The notes under the pieces are model-generated. The model had not been told where the DNA came from, did not search any database, and was given only the letters and a program-made list of their open reading frames with translations. Source: Eledone cirrhosa (lineage: Eukaryota). Taken from it: a DNA stretch of 64,000 nt. The stretch spans positions 2,852,001 through 2,916,000 of the forward strand of contig OZ024764.1 of assembly GCA_964016885.1 (NCBI GenBank), given 5' to 3'. The translations under genes were made by a program, and so were the position numbers. Numbering within the stretch: the stretch's first letter is position 1; each line of letters opens with the position of its first letter. Shown here piece by piece: positions 53,601 to 64,000 of this stretch.

Positions 53601-56600
53601 TCTCTCAACTCATCACATGTCCATACCATCTCAGTTTACTCTCCCACACATCACAACTTCTCGCTCTTATACCCAGTTTCTCTCTCAACACATCACATGT
53701 CCATACCATCTCAGTCTTCTCTCCCACACACTACAACTTATCCCTCTTATACCCAGTTTCTCTCTCAACACATCACATGTCCATACCATCTCAGTCTTCT
53801 CTCCCACACACTACAACTTATCCCTCTTATACCCAGTTTCTCTCTCAACACATCACATGCCCATACCATCTCAATCTTCTCTCCCACACACTACAACTTA
53901 TTCCTCTTATACACAGTTTCTCTCTCAACACATCACATGTCCATACCATCTCAGTCTTCTCTCCCACACACTACAACTTATTCCTCTTATACACAGTTTC
54001 TCTCTCAACACATCACATGTCCATACCATCTCAGTCTTCTCTCCCACACACTACAACTTATCCCTCTTATACACAGTTTCTCTCTCAATACACCACATGT
54101 CCATACCATCTCAGTCTTCTCTCCCACACCACAACTTATCCCTCTTATACACAGTTTCTCTCTCAACACATCACATGTCCATACCATCTCAGTCTTCTCT
54201 CCCACACACTACAACTTATTCCTCTGATACACAGTTTCTCTCTCAACACATCACATGTCCATACCATCTGAGTCTTCTCTCCCACACACTACAACTTATT
54301 CCTCTTATACACAGTTTCTCTCTCAACACATCACATGTCCATACCATCTGTCTTCTCTCCCACACACTACAACTTATTCCTCTTATACACAGTTTCTCTC
54401 TCAACACATCACATGTCCATACCATCTGTCTTCTCTCCCACACACTACAACTTATTCCTCTTATACACAGTTTCTCTCTCAACACACCACATGTCCATAC
54501 CATCTCAGTCTTCTCTCCCACACACTACAGTTTATCCATCTTATACCCAGTTTCTCTCTCAACTCATCACATGTCCATATCATTGCAGTCTTCTCTCCCT
54601 CACACTACAACTTATCCCTCTTATACCCAGTTTCTCTCTCAACACATCACATGTCCATACCATCTCAGTCTTCTCTCCCACACCACAACTTATTCCTCTT
54701 ATACCCAGTTTCTCTCTCAACTCATCACATGTCCATACCATCTCAGTTTACTCTCCCACACACCACAACTTATCGCTCTTATACCCAGTTTCTCTCTCAA
54801 CACATCACATGTCCATACCATCTCAGTCTTCTCTCCCACACACTACAACTTATCCCTCTTATACCCAGTTTCTCTCTCAACACATCATATGTCCATACCA
54901 TTTCAGTCTTCTCTCCCACACACTACAGTTTATCTCACTTATACCCAGTTTCTCTCTCAACACATCACATGTCCATACCATTGCAGTCTTCTCTCCTGCA
55001 CACCACAACTTATCCCTCTTATACCCAGTTTCTCTCTCAACACATCACATGTCCATACCATCTCAGTCTTCTCTCCCACACACTACAACTTATCCCTCTT
55101 ATACCCAGTTTCTCTCTCAACACATCACATGTCCATACCATCTCAGTCTTCTCTCCCACATACTACAGTTTATCCCTCTTATACACAGTTTCTCTCTCAA
55201 CACATCACATGTCCATACCATCTGAGTCTTCTCTCCCACACACTACAACTTATTCCTCTTATACACAGTTTCTCTCTCAACACATCACATGTCCATACCA
55301 TCTGTCTTCTCTCCCACACACTACAACTTATTCCTCTTATACACAGTTTCTCTCTCAACACACCACATGTCCATACCATCTCAGTCTTCTCTCCCACACA
55401 CTACAGTTTATCCCTCTTATACCCAGTTTCTCTCTCAACTCATCACATGTCCATATCATTGCAGTCTTCTCACCCTCACACTACAACTTATCCCTCTTAT
55501 ACACAGTTTCTCTCTCAACACACCACATGTCCATACCATCTCAGTCTTCTCTCCCACACACTACAGTTTATCCATCTTATACCCAGTTTCTCTCTCAACT
55601 CATCACATGTCCATATCATTGCAGTCTTCTCTCCCTCACACTACAACTTATCCCTCTTATACCCAGTTTCTCTCTCAACACATCACATGTCCATACCATC
55701 TCAGTCTTCTCTCCCACACCACAACTTATTCCTCTTATACCCAGTTTCTCTCTCAACTCATCACATGTCCATACCATCTCAGTTTACTCTCCCACACACC
55801 ACAACTTATCGCTCTTATACCCAGTTTCTCTCTCAACACATCACATGTCCATACCATCTCAGTCTTCTCTCCCACACACTACAACTTATCCCTCTTATAC
55901 CCAGTTTCTCTCTCAACACATCATATGTCCATACCGTTTCAGTCTTCTCTCCCACACACTACAGTTTATCTCACTTATACCCAGTTTCTCTCTCAACACA
56001 TCACATGTCCATACCATTGCAGTCTTCTCTCCTGCACACCACAACTTATCCCTCTTATACCCAGTTTCTCTCTCAACACATCACATGTCCATACCATCTC
56101 AGTCTTCTCTCCCACACACTACAACTTATCCCTCTTATACCCAGTTTCTCTCTCAACACATCACATGTCCATACCATCTCAGTCTTCTCTCCCACACCAC
56201 AACTTATTCCTCTTATACCCAGTTTCTCTCTCAACTCATCACATCTCCATACCATCTCAGTTTACTCTCCCACACATCACAACTTATCGCTCTTATACCC
56301 AGTTTCTCTCTCAACACATCACATGTCCATACCATCTCAGTCTTCTCTCCCACACACTACAACTTATCCCTCTTATACCCAGTTTCTCTCTCAACACATC
56401 ACATGTCCATACCATCTCAGTCTTCTCTCCCACACACTACACTTATCCCTCTTATACCCAGTTTCTCTCTCAACACATCACATGTCCATACCATCTCAGT
56501 CTTCTCTCCCACACACTACAACTTATTCCTCTTATACACAGTTTCTCTCTCAACACATCATATGTCCATACCATCTCAGTCTTCTCTCCCACACACTACA

Positions 56601-59600
56601 ACTTATCCCTCTTATACACAGTTTCTCTCTCAATACACCACATGTCCATACCATCTCAGTCTTCTCTCCCACACCACAACTTATCCCTCTTATACACAGT
56701 TTCTCTCTCAACACATCACATGTCCATACCATCTCAGTCTTCTCTCCCACACACTACAACTTATTCCTCTTATACACAGTTTCTCTCTCAACACATCACA
56801 TGTCCATACCATCTCAGTCTTCTCTCCCACACACTACAACTTATTCCTCTTATACACAGTTTCTCTCTCAACACATCACATGTCAATACAATCTGTCTTC
56901 TCTCCCACACACTACAACTTATTCCTCTTATACACAGTTTCTCTCTCAACACATCACATGTCCATACCATCTGTCTTCTCTCCCACACACTATAACTTAT
57001 TCCTCTTATACACAGTTTCTCTCTCAACACACCACATGTCCATACCATCTCAGTCTTCTCTCCCACACACTACAACTTATTCCTCTTATACACAGTTTGT
57101 CTCTCAACACATCACATGTCCATACCATCTGAGTCTTCTCTCCCACACACTACAACTTATTCCTCTTATACACAGTTTCTCTCTCAACACATCACATGTC
57201 AATACCATCTGTCTTCTCTCCCACACACTACAACTTATTCCTCTTATACACAGTTTCTCTCTCAACACACCACATGTCCATACCATCTCAGTCTTCTCTC
57301 CCACACACTACAGTTTATCCATCTCATACCCAGTTTCTCTCTCAACTCATCACATGTCCATATCATTGCAGTCTTCTCTCCCTCACACTACAACTTATCC
57401 CTCTTATACCCAGTTTCTCTCTCAACTCATCACATGTCCATACCATCTCAGTCTTCTCTCCCACACACTACAACTTATCCCTCTTATACCCAATTTATCT
57501 CTCAACTCATCACATGTCCATAACATCTCAGTCTTCTCTCCCACACACCACAATTTATCCCTCTTATACACAGTTTCTCTCTCAACTCATCACATGTCCG
57601 TACCATCTCAGTCTTCTCTCCCACACACTACAACTTATTCCTCTGATACACAGTTTCTCTCTCAACTCATCACATGTCCATATCATTGTAGTCTTCTCTC
57701 CCTCACACTACAGTTTATCCCTCTTATACCCAGTTTCTCTCTCAACACACCACATGTCCATACCATCTCAGTCTTCTCTCCCACACCACAATTTATCCCT
57801 CTTATACACAGTTTCTCTCTCATCACATCACATGTCCATACCATCTCAGTCTTCTCTCCCACACACTACAACTTATTCCTCTTATACACAGTTTCTCTCT
57901 CAACTCATCACATGTCCATACCATCTCAGTTTACTCTCCCACACATCACAACTTCTCGCTCTTATACCCAGTTTCTCTCTCAACACATCACATGTCCATA
58001 CCATCTCAGTCTTCTCTCCCACACACTACAACTTATCCCTCTTATACCCAGTTTCTCTCTCAACACATCATATGTCCATACCATTTCAGTCTTCTCTCCC
58101 ACACACTACAGTTTATCTCACTTATACCCAGTTTCTCTCTCAACACATCACATGTCCATACCATTGCAGTCTTCTCTCCTGCACACCACAACTTATCCCT
58201 CTTATACCCAGTTTCTCTCTCAACACATCACATGCCCATACCATCTCAATCTTCTCTCCCACACACTACAACTTATTCCTCTTATACCCAGTTTCTCTCT
58301 CAACACATCACATGTCCATACCATCTGTCTTCTCACCCACACACTACAACTTATTCCTCTTATACACAGTTTCTCTCTCAACACATCACATGTCCATACC
58401 ATCTCAGTCTTCTCTCCCACACACTACAACTTATCCCTCTTATACACAGTTTCTCTCTCAATACACCACATGTCCATACCATCTCAGTCTTCTCTCCCAC
58501 ACACTACAACTTATCCCTCTTATACCCAGTTTCTCTCTCAACACATCACATGTCCATACCATCTCAGTCTTCTCTCCCACACACTACAACTTATCCCTCT
58601 TATACCCAGTTTCTCTCTTAACACATCACATGTCCATACCATCTCAGTCTTCTCTCCCACACACTACAACTTATCCCTCTTATACCCAGTTTCTCTCTCA
58701 ACACATCACATGCCCATACCATCTCAATCTTCTCTCCCACACACTACAACTTATTCCTCTTATACACAGTTTCTCTCTCAACACATCACATGTCCATACC
58801 ATCTGTCTTCTCTCCCACACACTACAACTTATTCCTCTTATACACAGTTTCTCTCTCAACACACCACATGTCCATACCATCTCAGTCTTCTCTCCCACAC
58901 ACTACAGTTTATCCCTCTTATACCCAGTTTCTCTCTCAACACATCACATGTCCATACCATCTCAGTCTTCTCTCCCACACACTACAACTTATTCCTCTTA
59001 TACCCAGTTTCTCTCTCAACACATCACATGCCCATACCATCTCAATCTTCTCTCCCACACACTACAACTTATTCCTCTTATACACAGTTTCTCTCTCAAC
59101 ACATCACATGTCCATACCATCTGTCTTCTCTCCCACACACTACAGTTTATCCCTCTTATACCCAGTTTCTCTCTCAACACATCACATGCCCATACCATCT
59201 CAATCTTCTCTCCCACACACTACAACTTATTCCTCTTATACACAGTTTCTCTCTCAACACATCACATGTCCATACCATCTGTCTTCTCTCCCACACACTA
59301 CAACTTATTCCACTTATACACAGTTTCTCTCTCAACACACCACATGTCCATACCATCTCAGTCTTCTCTCCCACACACTACAGTTTATCCCTCTTATACC
59401 CAGTTTCTCTCTCAACTCATCACATGTCCATATCATTGCAGTCTTCTCACACTACAACTTATTCCTCTTATACACAGTTTCTCTCTCAACACATCACATG
59501 TCAATACCATCTGTCTTCTCTCCCACACACTACAACTTATTCCTTTTATACACAGTTTCTCTCTCAACACATCACATGTCCATACCATCTGTCTTCTCTC

Positions 59601-62600
59601 CCACACACTACAACTTATTCCTCTTATACACAGTTTCTCTCTGAACACATCACATGTCCATACCATCTGTCTTCTCTCCCACACACTACAACTTATTCCT
59701 CTTATACACAGTTTCTCTCTCAACACACCACATGTCCATACCATCTCAGTCTTCTCTCCCACACACTACAGTTTATCCATCTTATACCCAGTTTCTCTCT
59801 CAACTCATCATATGTCCATATCATTGCAGTCTTCTCTCCCTCACACTACAACTTATCCCTCTTATACCCAGTTTCTCTCTCAACACATCACATGTCCATA
59901 CCATCTCAGTCTTCTCTCCCACACCACAACTTATTCCTCTTATACCCAGTTTCTCTCTCAACTCATCACATGTCCATACCATCTCAGTTTACTCTCCCAC
60001 ACACCACAACTTATCGCTCTTATACCCAGTTTCTCTCTCAACACATCACATGTCCATACCATCGCAGTCTTCTCTCCCACACACTACAACTTATCCCTCT
60101 TATACCCAGTTTCTCTCTCAACACATCATATGTCCATACCATTTCAGTCTTCTCTCCCACACACTACAGTTTATCTCACTTATACCCAGTTTCTCTCTCA
60201 ACACATCACATGTCCATACCATTGCAGTCTTCTCTCCTGCACACCACAACTTATCCCTCTTATACCCAGTTTCTCTCTCAACACATCACATGTCCATACC
60301 ATCTCAGTCTTCTCTCCCACACACTACAACTTATCCCTCTTATACCCAGTTTCTCTCTCAACACATCACATGTCCATACCATCTCAGTCTTCTCTCCCAC
60401 ATACTACAACTTATTCCTCTTATACACAGTTTCTCTCTCAACACATCACATGTCCATACCATCTGAGTCTTCTCTCCCACACACTACAACTTATTCCTCT
60501 TATACACAGTTTCTCTCTCAACTCATCACATGTCCATACCATCTGTCTTCTCTCCCACACACTACAACTTATTCCCCTTATACACAGTTTCTCTCTCAAC
60601 ACACCACATGTCCATACCATCTCAGTCTTCTCTCCCACACACTACAGTTTATCCCTCTTATACCCAGTTTCTCTCTCAACTCATCACATGTCCATATCAT
60701 TGCAGTCTTCTCACCCTCACACTACAACTTATCCCTCTTATACACAGTTTCTCTCTCAACACACCACATGTCCATACCATCTCAGTCTTCTCTCCCACAC
60801 ACTACAGTTTATCCATCTTATACCCAGTTTCTCTCTCAACTCATCACATGTCCATATCATTGCAGTCTTCTCTCCCTCACACTACAACTTATCCCTCTTA
60901 TACCCAGTTTCTCTCTCAACACATCACATGTCCATACCATCTCAGTCTTCTCTCCCACACCACAACTTATTCCTCTTATACCCAGTTTCTCTCTCAACTC
61001 ATCACATGTCCATACCATCTCAGTTTACTCTCCCACACACCACAACTTATCGCTCTTATACCCAGTTTCTCTCTCAACACATCACATGTCCATACCATCT
61101 CAGTCTTCTCTCCCACACACTACAACTTATCCCTCTTATACCCAGTTTCTCTCTCAACACATCATATGTCCATACCATTTCAGTCTTCTCTCCCACACAC
61201 TACAGTTTATCTCACTTATACCCAGTTTCTCTCTCAACACATCACATGTCCATACCATTGCAGTCTTCTCTCCTGCACACCACAACTTATCCCTCTTATA
61301 CCCAGTTTCTCTCTCAACACATCACATGTCCATACCATCTCAGTCTTCTCTCCCACACACTACAACTTATCCCTCTTATACCCAGTTTCTCTCTCAACAC
61401 ATCACATGTCCATACCATCTCAGTCTTCTCTCCCACACCACAACTTATTCCTCTTATACCCAGTTTCTCTCTCAACTCATCACATGTCCATACCATCTCA
61501 GTTTACTCTCCCACACATCACAACTTATCGCTCTTATACCCAGTTTCTCTCTCAACACATCACATGTCCATACCATCTCAGTCTTCTCTCCCACACACTA
61601 CAACTTATCCCTCTTATACCCAGTTTCTCTCTCAACACATCACATGTCCATACCATCTCAGTCTTCTCTCCCACACACTACACTTATCCCTCTTATACCC
61701 AGTTTCTCTCTCAACACATCACATGTCCATACCATCTCAGTCTTCTCTCCCACACACTACAACTTATTCCTCTTATACACAGTTTCTCTCTCAACACATC
61801 ACATGTCCATACCATCTCAGTCTTCTCTCCCACACACTACAACTTATTCCTCTTATACACAGTTTCTCTCTCAACACATCATATGTCCATACCATCTCAG
61901 TCTTCTCTCCCACACACTACAACTTATCCCTCTTATACACAGTTTCTCTCTCAATACACCACATGTCCATACCATCTCAGTCTTCTCTCCCACACCACAA
62001 CTTATCCCTCTTATACACAGTTTCTCTCTCAACACATCACATGTCCATACCATCTCAGTCTTCTCTCCCACACACTACAACTTATTCCTCTTATACACAG
62101 TTTCTCTCTCAACGCATCACATGTCCATACCATCTCAGTCTTCTCTCCCACACACTACAACTTATTCCTCTTATACACAGTTTCTCTCTCAACACATCAC
62201 ATGTCAATACCATCTGTCTTCTCTCCCACACACTACAACTTATTCCTCTTATACACAGTTTCTCTCTCAACACATCACATGTCCATACCATCTGTCTTCT
62301 CTCCCACACACTACAACTTATTCCTCTTATACACAGTTTCTCTCTCAACACACCACATGTCCATACCATCTCAGTCTTCTCTCCCACACACTACAACTTA
62401 TTCCTCTTATACACAGTTTCTCTCTCAACACATCACATGTCCATACCATCTGAGTCTTCTCTCCCACACACTACAACTTATTCCTCTTATACGCAGTTTC
62501 TCTCTCAACACATCACATGTCAATACCATCTGTCTTCTCTCCCACACACTACAACTTATTCCTCTTATACACAGTTTCTCTCTCAACACATCACATGTCC

Positions 62601-63788
62601 ATACCATCTGTCTTCTCTCCCACACACTACAACTTATTCCTCTTATACACAGTTTCTCTCTCAACACACCACATGTCCATACCATCTCAGTCTTCTCTCC
62701 CACACACTACAGTTTATCCATCTTATACCCAGTTTCTCTCTCAACTCATCACATGTCCATATCATTGCAGTCTTCTCTCCCTCACACTACAACTTATCCT
62801 TCTTATACACAGTTTCTCTCTCAACACATCACATGTCCATACCATCTCAGTCTTCTCTCCCACACCACAACTTATTCCTCTTATACCCAGTTTCTCTCTC
62901 AACTCATCACATGTCCATACCATCTCAGTTTACTCTCCCACACACCACAACTTATCGCTCTTATACCCAGTTTCACTCTCAACACATCACATGTCCATAC
63001 CATCTCAGTCTTCTCTCCCACACACTACAACTTATCCCTCTTATACCCAGTTTCTCTCTCAACACATCACATGTCCATACCATCTCAGTCTTCTCTCCCA
63101 CACACTACAGTTTATCCCTCTTATACCCAGTTTATCTCTCAACACATCACATGTCCATACCATCTCAGTCTTCTCTCCCACACACTACAACTTATCCCTC
63201 TTATACCCAGTTTCACTCTCAACACATCACATGTCCATACCATCTCAGTCTTCTCTCCCACACACTACAACTTATCCCTCTTATACCCAGTTTCTCTCTC
63301 AACACATCATATGTCCATACCATCGCAGTCTTCTCTCCCACACACTACAACTTATCCCTCTTATACCCAGTTTCTCTCTCAACACATCACATGTCCATAC
63401 CATCTCAGTCTTCTCTCCCTCACACTACAACTTATCCCTCTTATACACAGTTTCTCTCTCAACACATCACATGTCCATACCATCTCAGTCTTCTCTCCCT
63501 CACACTACAACTTATCCCTCTTATACACAGTTTCTCTCTCAACTCATCACATGTCCATACCATCTCAGTCTTCTCTCCCTCACACTACAACTTATCCCTC
63601 TTATACACAGTTTCTCTCTCAACTCATCACATGTCCATACCATCTCAGTCTTCTCTCCCACACACTACAGCTTATCCCTCTTATACACAGTTTCTCTCTC
63701 ACCACATCACATGTCCATACCATCGCAGTCTTCTCTCCCACACACTACAACTTATCCCTCTTATACACAGTTTCTCTCTCAACTCATC
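17526..63788. repeat. 80-bp tandem macrosatellite array B (~580 monomers, with 78-bp variants), derived from RTE LINE coding sequence
   Basis: Monomer CACATGTCCATACCATCTCAGTCTTCTCTCCCACACACTACAACTTATCCCTCTTATACACAGTTTCTCTCTCAACACAT. Its minus strand encodes LREKL(G/C)IRGISC(S/G)VWERRLRWYGHV. Uninterrupted for ~46.3 kb. Confidence 0.98.
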
Positions 63789-63915
63789 TATACTTGGTCA
63801 ATAATGCACATCCAACGGAGCATGCTTGCTTCATTTCTCTCCAGCCGTCACATATCCTCTACAGTTGCTGCCCATGTCTCACAACCATGCAGCATCGCGC
63901 ATCTCACACAGCATA
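63789..63915 (-). mobile_element. Upstream continuation of the same RTE LINE (degenerate: stop codon and frameshift)
   Basis: Minus-strand translation CCVRCAMLHGCETWAATVEDM*RLERNEASMLRWMC, then a frameshift into SIDELREKL, which enters the last monomer. The LHGCETW and MLRWM motifs normally lie just upstream of RLRW.GHV in RTE ORFs. Confidence 0.88.
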
Positions 63916-63918
63916 TGA

Positions 63919-64000
63919 ATCATCATCATCATCGTTTAACGCCCATCTTCCAAGCTAGCATGGGTTAGACGATTTTGTTCCATTTGATGCGGTAATGGTC
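63919..64000 (-). mobile_element. 3' end of a second RTE-tail retroelement (LINE or RTE-mobilised SINE), runs off window end
   Basis: (CAT)n tail followed by CGTTTAACGCCCATCTTCCAAGCTAGCATGGGTTAGACG, similar to the tail region at 17298-17345 (CATCATCGTCATATGTCCACTTTTCCCTGCTTGGGTGGTACG). Confidence 0.7.

Noticed and set aside
17842-62703. Dozens of short minus-strand ORFs (MGEKTEMVWTC...RLRWYGHVMC)
   Set aside because: These are repeated fragments of the LINE ORF segment joined by 78-bp variant monomers. No intact RT or endonuclease domain.
17526-63788. Recursive splice sites in the giant intron
   Set aside because: The monomer AGs are followed by TC or TT, not GT, so there is no AG|GT ratchet-point motif.
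17163-63968. Giant + strand ORFs (up to 2732 aa, S/H/T/L/P-rich) in all three frames
   Set aside because: The 80-bp monomer has no TAA, TAG or TGA on this strand, so all frames stay open and cycle through the same 80-aa pattern. Stops and 2-bp indels fall without regard to frame, and the sequence is the antisense of a LINE ORF. Not a gene.

Overview
Eukaryotic, repeat-dominated intronic DNA, probably cephalopod/octopus judging by the SINE and LINE types (inferred from recall, not a database search). The only host coding sequence is one 98-bp exon (16149-16246, + strand) encoding the start of bromodomain 1 of polybromo-1 (PBRM1/BAF180). Upstream are: a ~14.5-kb array of ~197 x 73-bp monomers with a tRNA/SINE-head-like core, interrupted by a SINE; an AT microsatellite; a ~745-bp near-perfect palindrome with a type I hammerhead ribozyme in each arm (Penelope-like element remnant); and a mariner-type MITE. 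Downstream are a 48-bp minisatellite and a ~46-kb array of ~580 x 80-bp monomers. That array grew inside a single 5'-truncated RTE-clade LINE, whose reading frame is recognisable on both sides of it. The giant + strand ORFs (up to 2732 aa) are artefacts of a stop-free 80-bp monomer. Both large arrays show kb-scale higher-order duplications.
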